The notes beneath the pieces are model-generated. The model saw only the letters and a program-made list of their open reading frames with translations. It was not told where the DNA came from and made no database searches. Shown piece by piece: positions 12,636-21,109 of a DNA stretch of 32,000 nucleotides; position 1 is the first letter of the stretch; every line of letters starts with the position of its first letter. Both the position numbers and the translations under genes were made by a program. The DNA comes from Demequinaceae bacterium (GTDB lineage: Bacteria > Actinomycetota > Actinomycetes > Actinomycetales > Demequinaceae): positions 1,290,001-1,322,000 of the forward strand of contig OZ252279.1 of assembly GCA_965250005.1 (NCBI GenBank). The letters are read 5' to 3'.

Positions 12636-15203
12636 CTATGGGCTTGGGCTGGGTTCTGGGTCCGGTTCTGGGTCCGGTTCTGGGTCCGGCTCCGCGTTTG
12701 GGTCAGTCCAGTCTCCCGGATTCCATCCAGCAGGTGGGTTCGAAGAGAACTCTGCAGGCGGCCACGACTCGCCCCACCAGTCAACCGGCGGGATGTACGT
12801 ATTCCACGTCGAGGGCCAGTTGAACCACCAGTCCGGGAAAAAACTCCGGGTGACACGGTAAGTAACCGTGGCGCCAGGGCCGAGTACGGTCTCTGGCAGC
12901 TCTGATTGGTAGACGACTGTCTGGTTTGGCAGGGTGTCATCGTAGATGGCCCTGTTGCCCTCCGCCCAACGGAGTCCGGCGTCATTGATGGCGTTGCGTG
13001 CATCAGTGATCGTCATGCCGTGTACGTCGGGCATGACGATTTGCACTGTGCCGAGCGATGACGGTGGCGATGACGGGAACCCCAGCTTGGGAGTGCCCGC
13101 GAGGATTCTGTCCATGTATCGCTTCCACGTCGGTCCCGAGATAGTCGCACCGTACACGTACCGGTACTTGGTCCCGTTCAGCGTGATGCTTTGCTGCGGC
13201 GTGTCTCTATCGGGGTGGCCCAGCCACACAACGGTGGTGACCTGCGGTGTCGAGCCCATGAACCACGTGTGGGCATTGTTCTGCGACGTCCCGGATTTGC
13301 CAGCCGCCTGGCGGCCACCCGCAAGTTGCACGTACCGGCCCGTACCGATCGCCATGACCTGCGTCTGCGCATAAATGACGCCACGCGCGATGTTCGCGTC
13401 AACGGTCCGGCGACAGTCTTCGGCGGGGGGGGTCACCTGAGAGCCGTCCGGCTTCGTGATCGAAAGAATGGCGTACGGTTCGCAGCGAATGCCTCCATTC
13501 ACCAGAGTGGAAGCGACCTGAGCCATAGTGAGCGGCGACGCGTTCTGAGTTCCGAGGACCATCGACGGAACTGTCTCGAATTCAGCGCCATCAGCGCGCT
13601 CGAACCCGAGTGCCTCCGCCATGTCGGCGACGCCGCACAGGTCTAACCTGGCAGTCATCGCAACATATGAGGTATTTATAGAGTGCGCTGTCGCGGACAG
13701 AGCGGACTGTTGCTTCGCGTCCGTATTGCCGGTGTTGCCCGGCTTCCACGTTCCACCGCCGTTGAAGTAGCCGCCGTCGAGGCACGACGCGTGCCAATTC
13801 TCGGGATTCCATTCGCGAATAGCGCCGCTGACCGCCTCCGAAAGGTAGTGCCCCTCGGCGAGCCACTGGGCCAAGATGATCGGCTTGAATGTCGAGCCTG
13901 GGGAAAAGCCGCGCGAACCACCGTAGACCCGGTCAACCGCGTAGTTGATCGCCGTAAGACCCGGTTCGCCGCTGGCTCCGGGATCGAAGTCTCGGTTCTG
14001 CGCCATCGCGAGAATCTGACCGTTTGACGGATTCACCGACACGAGTGCGTGCGCAAACCCGGAAGGATCCGTCGGGCTTAGGGACTTTCGGAGCTCGTCG
14101 TTCGCGATTCTCTGCATGTTGATGTCGAGCGTGGTGACGATTTCAAGCCCTCCTGCGTACAGCAGCTCATTGCCCTGATCGTTAAAGACCGGGTCATTGG
14201 CAATGACCTTGGTTACGTAGTCGCAGAAGAAAGGCGCGTCAACCGAGGCAACACAGCTGAACGCTGGCCGGTGAATATCAAGTGTTTCTTCGACGTCAGT
14301 CGCGACAAACGCGTCAAATTCGGCGCGCGAAATCATCTCTTGCTCGAACATCACACCCAGCACCGTGTCGCGGCGAATGCGCGTGTTCTCCGGGTAGCGA
14401 ATGGGGTCCCACTTGGTGGGGTTCTGCGTGATGCCGGCCATGGTCGCCGCTTCAATCGCGTTGAGTTCTGCCGCGGTTTTTCCAAAGTAGAACTGAGCGG
14501 ACGCCTCAACTCCGTAGACCGACCGACCGAACTGGGCGATGTTCAGGTACTGCTCGAGGATCTGCTCCTTGCCGCAATCAACCACCGGGTCGGAGGTGCA
14601 CTCCCGGCCGAAAATGTCGCCAAAATACTCTTCGAGGCGGAGGGCGAGCTTGGCCTCGTTCAATTTGCGGGAAAGCGATACCTCGGTTGCCTTAACTATC
14701 TTTTCGTCATCATCGGCAGAGCGCGCCTCTTCAATGAGCGTGTTCTTAATGAGCTGCTGAGTGAGCGTGGACGCACCAGGGCTCTCATCAGAAGTGAGGT
14801 TCTTGAAAACCGCGCGCATGATGCCCTCGCCGTCGACTCCGTTATGCTCCCAGAATCTTTTGTCCTCGGTCGCAACAACGGCCTTCTGGAGCCAGGGTGA
14901 AATCTGTTCAAGAGGAACCACAATTCGGTTCTGGAAGTAGAAGGTGGCGATCAGCGTCTCGCCGTCACGGGCGTAAATGTTCGACTGCTGCGGGAGCCCG
15001 TCCAACTGACTAATGGAAGCAGGGAGCTCGTCGAACAGATCGATCACAGCATTCGACGTGTTCCCCGCGACGGTAGCCGCGGGAAGCAACACCCCGGCAA
15101 AGAGAACCCCGCCCAGTGCGGACAGCAAAATAAAGGCGAAGAACGAGCCGATGAGCTGAAGGAGCGTTACGCGACCGGAGTCGGCCGAAATCATGCGTGA
15201 CAT
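12636..15203 (-). CDS. ponA: Class A penicillin-binding protein (transglycosylase/transpeptidase) with a C-terminal PASTA domain and a Trp/Pro-rich acidic tail
   Basis: 855 aa with an N-terminal TM. GT51 motifs are EDKRFWEHNGVD, GASTLTQQ and RKLNE. Transpeptidase motifs are STFKP (SxxK), SINT (SxN) and KSGTS. A PASTA-like segment is VMPDVHGMTITDARNAINDAGL. The tail reads WWFNWPSTWNTYIPPVDWWGESWPP...PDPEPDPEPDPEPSPSP. Confidence 0.93.
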   Translation of the reverse strand: MSRMISADSGRVTLLQLIGSFFAFILLSALGGVLFAGVLLPAATVAGNTSNAVIDLFDELPASISQLDGLPQQSNIYARDGETLIATFYFQNRIVVPLEQISPWLQKAVVATEDKRFWEHNGVDGEGIMRAVFKNLTSDESPGASTLTQQLIKNTLIEEARSADDDEKIVKATEVSLSRKLNEAKLALRLEEYFGDIFGRECTSDPVVDCGKEQILEQYLNIAQFGRSVYGVEASAQFYFGKTAAELNAIEAATMAGITQNPTKWDPIRYPENTRIRRDTVLGVMFEQEMISRAEFDAFVATDVEETLDIHRPAFSCVASVDAPFFCDYVTKVIANDPVFNDQGNELLYAGGLEIVTTLDINMQRIANDELRKSLSPTDPSGFAHALVSVNPSNGQILAMAQNRDFDPGASGEPGLTAINYAVDRVYGGSRGFSPGSTFKPIILAQWLAEGHYLSEAVSGAIREWNPENWHASCLDGGYFNGGGTWKPGNTGNTDAKQQSALSATAHSINTSYVAMTARLDLCGVADMAEALGFERADGAEFETVPSMVLGTQNASPLTMAQVASTLVNGGIRCEPYAILSITKPDGSQVTPPAEDCRRTVDANIARGVIYAQTQVMAIGTGRYVQLAGGRQAAGKSGTSQNNAHTWFMGSTPQVTTVVWLGHPDRDTPQQSITLNGTKYRYVYGATISGPTWKRYMDRILAGTPKLGFPSSPPSSLGTVQIVMPDVHGMTITDARNAINDAGLRWAEGNRAIYDDTLPNQTVVYQSELPETVLGPGATVTYRVTRSFFPDWWFNWPSTWNTYIPPVDWWGESWPPAEFSSNPPAGWNPGDWTDPNAEPDPEPDPEPDPEPSPSP
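12654..12689 (-). repeat. Perfect 3x tandem repeat of 12 nt (TTCTGGGTCCGG on the + strand) encoding (PDPE)n at the PBP C-terminus
   Basis: Read directly as three identical units at 12654-12665, 12666-12677 and 12678-12689. It is in frame within the last 20 codons of the PBP gene. Confidence 0.9.
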
Positions 15204-15279
15204 GGCACCTACCTTACGTTGGAGGTGTAACGAATGAGGACTCGGCCAGGTTTCCCACCCGCAGGGTTAGGCTCGTCAC

Positions 15280-15435
15280 ATGACTACCTGGGAATACTCG
15301 ACTGTGCCCCTCATCGACCATGCGACCAAGCAAATCCTCGATCAGTGGGGCGATGACGGCTGGGAGCTTATTCAAGTGGTGACCGGACCCACCGGTGGCC
15401 TCGTCGCCTACCTCAAGCGCCCGAAGGAATCCTGA
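15280..15435 (+). CDS. Small DUF4177-type protein (51 aa), absent from the ORF track
   Basis: Translates as MTTWEYSTVPLIDHATKQILDQWGDDGWELIQVVTGPTGGLVAYLKRPKES. Its stop TGA (15433-15435) overlaps the ATG of the following RidA gene (TGATG). Same position as Rv3678A next to the RidA-family gene Rv3678c in M. tuberculosis. Confidence 0.7.
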   Translation: MTTWEYSTVPLIDHATKQILDQWGDDGWELIQVVTGPTGGLVAYLKRPKES

Positions 15436-15905
15436 TGCCCTCCGCATCAGAGCGACTCGCTGCGCTCGGTCTCACGCTGCCGCCCGTCGTGGCACCCGTT
15501 GCCACGTACGTGCCCGCGCTTGTGCACGGAAAGAGTGTATGGACGTCAGGGCAATTGCCGATGGTTGACGGCCAACTCGTGGCAGTCGGGGTGGTTTCAA
15601 ACGACTCCGGGGCCGTCCCGCCCGACGTCGCACACGAGTGCGCACGCATCTCAGCTCTCAACGGCCTCGCGGCAATCGCCGATGCGGCGGGCGGGATCGA
15701 CGAAATCGAGCGCATCGTGCGCGTTACCGGCTATGTCGCATCCGCTCCTGGCTTCACGGGCCAACCCGCCGTGATCAACGGTGCGAGCCTGCTACTCGGC
15801 GAGGTATTCGGGGACGCAGGCAAGCATGCGCGCTCGGCAGTTGGTGTGGCGGCACTCCCGCTAGGCGCACCCGTCGAGGTCGAGATTGAGGCTGTACTGC
15901 GCTAG
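15435..15905 (+). CDS. RidA/YjgF/TdcF-family protein (reactive intermediate deaminase family)
   Basis: 156 aa with the pattern VWTSGQLP...G.....D........C..N..A.......G..D.I.RI..VTGYV...PGF...P.V.NGAS.L...[21 protein letters not shown], typical of the family. Confidence 0.8.
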   Translation: MPSASERLAALGLTLPPVVAPVATYVPALVHGKSVWTSGQLPMVDGQLVAVGVVSNDSGAVPPDVAHECARISALNGLAAIADAAGGIDEIERIVRVTGYVASAPGFTGQPAVINGASLLLGEVFGDAGKHARSAVGVAALPLGAPVEVEIEAVLR

Positions 15906-15913
15906 CCGATGCG

Positions 15914-16609
15914 TTAACGCGAGCGCGCGCGGAGGCGGTCGGGCTCGTACACGACGACCGACCCCATGTGCACGTCTATCCACCCGCGGCTGGCGAAGTC
16001 TGCGAGCGCCTTGTTCACCGTCTCGCGCGAAGCTCCCACGAGTTGTGCGAGTTCCTCCTGCGTCAAGCCGTGACGCACGACCACGTGGCCGCGGTCCAAG
16101 TTTCCGAATCGCTGACCCAAGTCGAGAATGGCCTTGGCAACGCGGCCCGGCACATCGGTAAATACCAGGTCGGCCATCGTGACGCTCGTGCGGCGAATGC
16201 GTTTGGCAAGCACGCGCAACAGGTGCTTGGACGCGTCCATGTGCTCTTTGAGCCAGCCGTCCAGAGCCTGTCGCGTGAGTTCATAAACAACGGAATCTTC
16301 CGGTACGTGTGCGCGGGCTACCCGCGGTCCGGGATCGAAGACGCTCAGTTCGCCCACCAGGTCACTTACGCCAAAGAGATTGAGCAGGTTCTCGCGCCCG
16401 TCACGCGCCGTGCGAGCGAGCTTCACTTTGCCTTTCACGACGACGAACATTGAATCGCCTGGGGCACCCTCGAAGAAGATGACCTCGCCGCGACGAATCT
16501 CGCGGCGTTTCATCACCGCAATGAGTGAAAGCCCGGTCTCCGCATCGAGCCCACCGAGCAGCGGCGAGGAGCGAAGTGTATTCTCCTCGGTTGCCGGATC
16601 ATGTGGCAT
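15914..16609 (-). CDS. crp: cAMP receptor protein (CRP/FNR family; Crp/GlxR orthologue)
   Basis: It tracks M. tuberculosis Crp (as I recall it) closely, including PGD..FVVVKGKVKL.R...DGRENLL, FGELS.FDPGPR, LLRVLA.R.RRT, ADLVFTDVPGRVAK and LTQEE.AQLVGASRETVNKALADFA.RGWI. I prefer the start at the Met at 16609 (MPHDPATEEN); the track start is 16645. Confidence 0.92.
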   Translation of the reverse strand: MPHDPATEENTLRSSPLLGGLDAETGLSLIAVMKRREIRRGEVIFFEGAPGDSMFVVVKGKVKLARTARDGRENLLNLFGVSDLVGELSVFDPGPRVARAHVPEDSVVYELTRQALDGWLKEHMDASKHLLRVLAKRIRRTSVTMADLVFTDVPGRVAKAILDLGQRFGNLDRGHVVVRHGLTQEELAQLVGASRETVNKALADFASRGWIDVHMGSVVVYEPDRLRARSR

Positions 16610-16997
16610 TGTCTGTCTCCGTTTGCTTCGCAGCTCCCATGGCATCCACCATCTGCGTCGTCACGCTCTCAAGATTGTCAGAAAGTCGCGATTCGTACAC
16701 CCCTAGCCTGCCATCGAGTGAGTCGAGTCGCTCAATTGCGCTCGGCTCCGACTGCTTGGGCTCGGGCCAGATAACTTCGGCAAGCTCACCTGGTGTTGGC
16801 GCTCCAGCGGCAAGTGCTTCCCACGCGGTATCCAAATCGGGGTTGGCGCTGGTCGCCTGCGAGAGCTGGCCTACGGTCAGGTCGTGGCGCGCGGTTACAA
16901 GCTTTCGCCACCAGCGCACGCGGGCGAGCTCAAGGCGCAATTCACGTCGGCGGTGCCGCAAATCGGCGATCGCAATTACGGATGCGACAATTGCCAT
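16599..16997 (-). CDS. Hypothetical soluble helical protein upstream of and overlapping crp
   Basis: 132-aa ORF with no TM segment. It has an Arg-rich heptad-like N-terminal helix (IADLRHRRRELRLELARVRWWRKLVTARHDL) and a second helix (IERLDSLDGRLGVYESRLSDNLESVTTQMVDAM). Third-codon positions are GC-biased in this frame. Its stop lies 11 nt inside the preferred crp start. The competing + strand ORF (16525..17220) runs through both the crp and nth starts and is rejected. Confidence 0.5.
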   Translation of the reverse strand: MAIVASVIAIADLRHRRRELRLELARVRWWRKLVTARHDLTVGQLSQATSANPDLDTAWEALAAGAPTPGELAEVIWPEPKQSEPSAIERLDSLDGRLGVYESRLSDNLESVTTQMVDAMGAAKQTETDNAT

Positions 16998-17090
16998 CCG
17001 AGCCCTCCTTCCTCGTGCTCCTGAATCGCTTGTCCCACCGTTTATCGGCGAGCGGGCGCGAGCCCTTGAGTGGGCGCTTATGGTGGACGC

Positions 17091-17780
17091 ATGCCGACCC
17101 GGGGGACACTGCCAGTCGCGTCCGCCGACCAGGGCTCACCGCCCACCGCGCTGGTGCGCCGTGCGCGCCGCGTCAACCGGATGCTGGCCGAGGTCTATCC
17201 CGATGCCGCCTGCGAACTAGATTACCGGAACTCGTTCGAGCTCCTGGTCGCCACCGTGCTCTCTGCTCAGTGCACCGATGTTCGCGTCAACCTGGTGACG
17301 CCGGCGCTTTTCGACGAGTTCCCGGGACCGCGAGCGATGGCGGCAGCACCGCGCGAACGCATTGAGGATCTCATCCACTCGACCGGGTTCTTCCGCGCCA
17401 AAGCCGAGTCGCTCCTGGGTCTCAGCCGCGACATCGTCGAGAAGTACGACGGCGTGGTGCCCGGACACCTGAAAGATTTGGTCACGCTGCGTGGCGTGGG
17501 CCGTAAGACGGCGAACGTAGTTCTCGGCAATGCCTTTGGGGTGCCCGGCATCACTGTCGACACCCACATGGGGCGGCTGGCGCGCAGGCTGGGACTGACG
17601 GTCAATGAGGACCCAGTGGCCGTTGAGCGCGACCTCAACGCCCTCATCGAACGACGCGAGTGGACGTTGTGGTCGCACCGCGTAATCTTCCACGGTCGAC
17701 GGCGATGTACGTCGCGCCGGCCGGACTGCGGAGCCTGCGAGCTTGCACGCCTGTGCCCGTCGGCGGGATCGTTCGGCTAA
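17091..17780 (+). CDS. nth: Endonuclease III
   Basis: It has the Hh[29 protein letters not shown], the N-terminal [13 protein letters not shown], and the 4Fe-4S cluster loop C-X6-C-X2-C-X5-C ([17 protein letters not shown]). I prefer the ATG at 17091; the track uses GTG at 17070. Confidence 0.92.
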   Translation: MPTRGTLPVASADQGSPPTALVRRARRVNRMLAEVYPDAACELDYRNSFELLVATVLSAQCTDVRVNLVTPALFDEFPGPRAMAAAPRERIEDLIHSTGFFRAKAESLLGLSRDIVEKYDGVVPGHLKDLVTLRGVGRKTANVVLGNAFGVPGITVDTHMGRLARRLGLTVNEDPVAVERDLNALIERREWTLWSHRVIFHGRRRCTSRRPDCGACELARLCPSAGSFG

Positions 17781-19066
17781 CTCTCGGGTTCATCCTCTGG
17801 GACCGGTGTTGCCCGCTGCGCGTAGACGCGCCCGTAATGCCGATCGCGCCACCCGAGGATGCTGGCGCCCGCAATGGCCGCTACGGCGGAGGCGAGGAGC
17901 ACCGAGGCCTTCACATACTCCCCCTGCCCGGAGTCGCCGAACGCCAGTTCACCTATCAGCAGGGACACCGTGAAGCCGATGCCCGCAACCGTCGCGATGC
18001 CCGTCACGTCCCACCAAGACAGTCCCCTGTCCAGCGACGCGCGGGTCAGGTTGGCTACAAGCGCAGTAGCGACGATGATCCCGATGGGCTTGCCGACAAC
18101 GAGGCCAAGCGCGATGCCTTGAGACGCTGGATCCGAAATCACGGCGCTCAACGCTTCCCAATTCATGGCGACGCCAGCGGCGAAGAAGGCGAAAATCGGA
18201 ACTGCAACGCCAGCGGAGAAGGGCGCCCAGCGGTGTTCCCAGTGCTCAACCACGCTTTGGCTCTCGCCATCACGTCGCATGGCGGGCACCACGAGTCCCA
18301 GCGCAACGCCGGCAATAGTCGCGTGGATCCCCGACTCGTGCATGAAAGCCCACGTGGCCACGGCAAGGGGCACGAGCAGCCACGGAGACGTGACACGGCG
18401 CTGCACAAGGAGCGCGAACACCAGCAGCGCGACGCCCGAGGCGAGGAGCCAGCCCCATGTGAACCCGTGCGAAAAAAAGATGGCGATGATGACGATCGCG
18501 AGCAAGTCGTCCACAACGGCAAGCGTCAGGAGGAAGGCTCGCATGGAGTTGGGCAGGCGTCGACCCACCACTGCGACCACCGCGAGCGCAAACGCGATGT
18601 CGGTTGCGGTGGGAACCGCCCACCCCTCAGTCACGCCGTCGGACTGCCACAAGTTGACCGCGAGGTAGATAAGGGCGGGAACAGCCATGCCGCCGATGGC
18701 CGCGACGATCGGCACGACTGCGGTTGAAGGGCGGCGCAACTCGCCAACGACCAGCTCGCGCTTGAGTTCGAGGCCAATGACGAAGAAGAAGATCGCGAGC
18801 AGTCCGTCGGTAGCCCACTGGGCGAGCGAAAGGTCAACGTGAAATGAGACGCCACCGAACAAGGTGACGGCGCGGTCGATCGGCACATAATCGCGCAGGC
18901 TCGTGTAACCGTCCGACCAGGCGGAGTTGATCCAGACCAGCGCCGAAACCGTTCCGACGAGCATGAGCACGCCGCCAGCACGCTCGTTGCGCATGATGTC
19001 CGCAAAGGTGCGTTCCGTAGACGGCGTAAGTCGCGTGAATAGGCGCCGCGCCTTCTGCCGAACCAT
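17777..19066 (-). CDS. nhaA: Na+/H+ antiporter NhaA
   Basis: 429-aa polytopic protein with NhaA hallmarks: F.....NE.AGG..L......AL.W.NS, LL.IFFF.IGLE.KRE...GEL, GW.VP.ATDIAFA and FLL.LAVVDDL. It overlaps nth convergently by 4 nt. Confidence 0.9.
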   Translation of the reverse strand: MVRQKARRLFTRLTPSTERTFADIMRNERAGGVLMLVGTVSALVWINSAWSDGYTSLRDYVPIDRAVTLFGGVSFHVDLSLAQWATDGLLAIFFFVIGLELKRELVVGELRRPSTAVVPIVAAIGGMAVPALIYLAVNLWQSDGVTEGWAVPTATDIAFALAVVAVVGRRLPNSMRAFLLTLAVVDDLLAIVIIAIFFSHGFTWGWLLASGVALLVFALLVQRRVTSPWLLVPLAVATWAFMHESGIHATIAGVALGLVVPAMRRDGESQSVVEHWEHRWAPFSAGVAVPIFAFFAAGVAMNWEALSAVISDPASQGIALGLVVGKPIGIIVATALVANLTRASLDRGLSWWDVTGIATVAGIGFTVSLLIGELAFGDSGQGEYVKASVLLASAVAAIAGASILGWRDRHYGRVYAQRATPVPEDEPES

Positions 19067-19098
19067 GTGTCATCCTCGCTCTGTCGATTGGGGCAATC

Positions 19099-19815
19099 CT
19101 AGCGAGAGGGCGCGTCGTCCAATGTCTTATCGATTGGGGGTGCCGGTGCCGGATCAAACCGATAGCCGACGTTGCGCACGGTGCCGATGAGCTGCTCATA
19201 CTCAGCGCCCAACTTGGCCCGGAGCCGCCTGACATGGACGTCCACGGTTCGCGTGCCGCCGTAATAATCAAAGCCCCACACTTCTTGCAAGAGCTGGTCA
19301 CGAGTGTACACGCGCCCGGGGTGTTGCATCAGGTACTTGATGAGTTCAAACTCTTTGTACGTCAGGTCGAGGGGCCTGCCCTTAAGTCGAGCGGTATAGC
19401 CTCCGACATCCACTGTCAACTCGCCAGAAGAGAACTCTGAGGCCCTGATCATCGGGTCTTCGGCCTCGGCGCGACCTATCAAGAGACGTATCCGCGCGTC
19501 CACCTCGGCTGGGCCGGCGCTTGCCAGAATCACATCGTCAACGCCCCAATCCGAGTGGACGACCGACATGCCGCCGTCACCAAGCACCAACATCAGGGGA
19601 ATCGAGACTCCCGTCGCGTTGATCATTTTGCAGGTGGTCCGGCACGCGACTAACTCGGCACGTGCGTCCACCAAAACGATGTCGGCTTCGAGGGCTTCAA
19701 GCATCGCGGAGGGCTCTGGGGGAAGCACCCGCATGCGGTGTCCCAGTAGTGAGAGAGAGGGCAGGACCTCGGAGGCGCCGTCAGCCGACGCGGTCAACAC
19801 CAGCAGATCTGCCAT
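19099..19815 (-). CDS. glnR: GlnR-type orphan OmpR-family response regulator (global nitrogen regulator)
   Basis: Colinear with actinobacterial GlnR sequences as I recall them. Matching blocks are [104 protein letters not shown]. The receiver lacks the canonical N-terminal acidic pair. Confidence 0.75.
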   Translation of the reverse strand: MADLLVLTASADGASEVLPSLSLLGHRMRVLPPEPSAMLEALEADIVLVDARAELVACRTTCKMINATGVSIPLMLVLGDGGMSVVHSDWGVDDVILASAGPAEVDARIRLLIGRAEAEDPMIRASEFSSGELTVDVGGYTARLKGRPLDLTYKEFELIKYLMQHPGRVYTRDQLLQEVWGFDYYGGTRTVDVHVRRLRAKLGAEYEQLIGTVRNVGYRFDPAPAPPIDKTLDDAPSR

Positions 19816-19870
19816 GCTTTCCTCCGAATGCCATTACTGTACCGGCGCAAAGCATGGGAAACTGACCCGC

Positions 19871-20605
19871 ATGAATCCCACAACACGGGCAACCGTGACC
19901 TTCGCAACCGCCGCCGCCCTTGCCGCTGGCGGCTTCTTTGGCGCGCAAGTGCTGGCCGTGGGCGTTCTCGCCGCGGTGTTCGTACTCGCCATCGGCTGGC
20001 CGCTGCTGACGTGGACACCTCACTGGCTCACGGGAAGCGCGATCGTGCTGGCAGGCGGCGCGCTAGCCACGGTTGGCGTGCTGCTAGGCACTCGCGAACC
20101 GTTCCTGCGCCACATGGTGGTCGCTCTCGCCATGACGACGATTGCTGCCCTCGTGATCGAGGTGCTGCGCCCAAGCCCGCCCGGACAGGTGGTCACCGCC
20201 GTAGCGGGCACCGTCACCGGTGCTACCGTCGCGGCCTCGGGCGCGGCATGGATCGCGGCCGCGCGGACCCCTGGCGCGGAAGAACTCGTGATCGCTGGCG
20301 CGGCGGCGCTCGCCGTGGCCGCACTAGCCTCCGCCGCCACGTCGCGCATGTCGCTCAACGTGCTTCTCGCTCTCACCCTCGGCAGCGGTGCGGGTGCTGC
20401 GTCGGGCTACTTCTTCGAGACCATCGAGTGGTACGGCGGCGCACTCGTCGGCCTACTGTGCGCGGCTGCAGTTGTCACCGTGCACGAGCTAACCCGCCGC
20501 GATATCGCCAACACCAGCCAGCTCGCGGGAATAGCGGCCGGCATTACGCCCGTTACCGTCGCGGGAACGCTCGTGTATATCGGCGGCCGCATTCTGGTTG
20601 GCTAA
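19871..20605 (+). CDS. Hypothetical Ala/Gly/Val-rich integral membrane protein (about 244 aa)
   Basis: I prefer the internal ATG at 19871 (MNPTTRATVTFATAAALAAGGFF) because the track ORF start (19568) overlaps glnR on the opposite strand. It has about 7 hydrophobic segments. No family was recognised. Confidence 0.55.
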   Translation: MNPTTRATVTFATAAALAAGGFFGAQVLAVGVLAAVFVLAIGWPLLTWTPHWLTGSAIVLAGGALATVGVLLGTREPFLRHMVVALAMTTIAALVIEVLRPSPPGQVVTAVAGTVTGATVAASGAAWIAAARTPGAEELVIAGAAALAVAALASAATSRMSLNVLLALTLGSGAGAASGYFFETIEWYGGALVGLLCAAAVVTVHELTRRDIANTSQLAGIAAGITPVTVAGTLVYIGGRILVG

Positions 20606-20627
20606 CGCCTCAATCAAGGGACTCAAC

Positions 20628-21065
20628 ATGACTACTGGCCTAACCGTGATCATCACGGTAATGGCGGTGACCACCGTCGGCTATTACTGGTGGCAGCGCC
20701 GTGAGGGCGTGGTCCGTCGTATCGAAGATCCGGCCGGAGTTCTCTCATCGGAAAAGATTGGTGGCAAGCGTGGCTATCGCGCCACCTACGTCCAGTTCTC
20801 CACTCCGATGTGCGCCAAATGCCCGGGCACGCGAGTACTCCTCCAGAGCGTGGCCGCAGAGTACAAGGGTGTGAATCACGTGGAAATCGACGCTGCCGAG
20901 CGCCTCGACATGGCCAAGGAGTTCGACATCATGCGCACGCCCACCACCCTCGTGTTGAACCACGAGGGCGTGGTGGTCGCGCGCATGTCCGGCGCGCCAT
21001 CGGACGCCCAGGCGCGCGAAGCTCTCACTGCCGCCCCACCACCCAGCGCCGACTACGTCATCTAG
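20628..21065 (+). CDS. Membrane-anchored thioredoxin-fold protein (CxxC = CAKC)
   Basis: N-terminal TM (LTVIITVMAVTTVGYYWW) followed by a thioredoxin-like core YVQFSTPMCAKCPGT...RTPTTLVL. The ATG at 20628 is preceded by AAGGGA. Confidence 0.7.
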   Translation: MTTGLTVIITVMAVTTVGYYWWQRREGVVRRIEDPAGVLSSEKIGGKRGYRATYVQFSTPMCAKCPGTRVLLQSVAAEYKGVNHVEIDAAERLDMAKEFDIMRTPTTLVLNHEGVVVARMSGAPSDAQAREALTAAPPPSADYVI

Positions 21066-21109
21066 CGCCGCGTCATCGTCTAAACTGCATCATCTACTTC
21101 GGAGGAATT

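Noticed and set aside
12640-12700. Short regularly spaced repeats that could be taken for a CRISPR-like or minisatellite array
   Set aside because: The units are contiguous 12-mers with no spacers. They lie in frame within the PBP coding sequence, so this is a coding (PDPE)n repeat and not a CRISPR.
16525-17220. 231-aa + strand ORF spanning the crp-nth intergenic region
   Set aside because: It runs antisense through the crp N-terminus and out of frame into nth, with a Ser/Arg/Ala-rich composition. The minus-strand ORF 16599..16997 has the more gene-like codon bias.
17660-18727. 355-aa + strand ORF, plus several 60-170-aa ORFs on both strands inside 17777..19066
   Set aside because: It lies entirely antisense to, or out of frame with, a clear NhaA gene. 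The product is Arg/Gly/His-rich with no recognisable motifs. This is a typical long shadow ORF of GC-rich DNA.
19816-19870. GlnR box in the glnR divergent promoter (GGAAAC present)
   Set aside because: Only a GaAAc-like half is present. The expected gTnAc half-site 6 nt upstream is absent.
19828-20631. 267-aa Arg-rich ORF, and the 345-aa extended version of the membrane protein ORF starting at 19568
   Set aside because: The first is out of frame with the hydrophobic membrane protein and has an implausible composition. The second's N-terminal 100 residues are antisense to glnR. The internal ATG at 19871 gives a sensible start in the divergent spacer.
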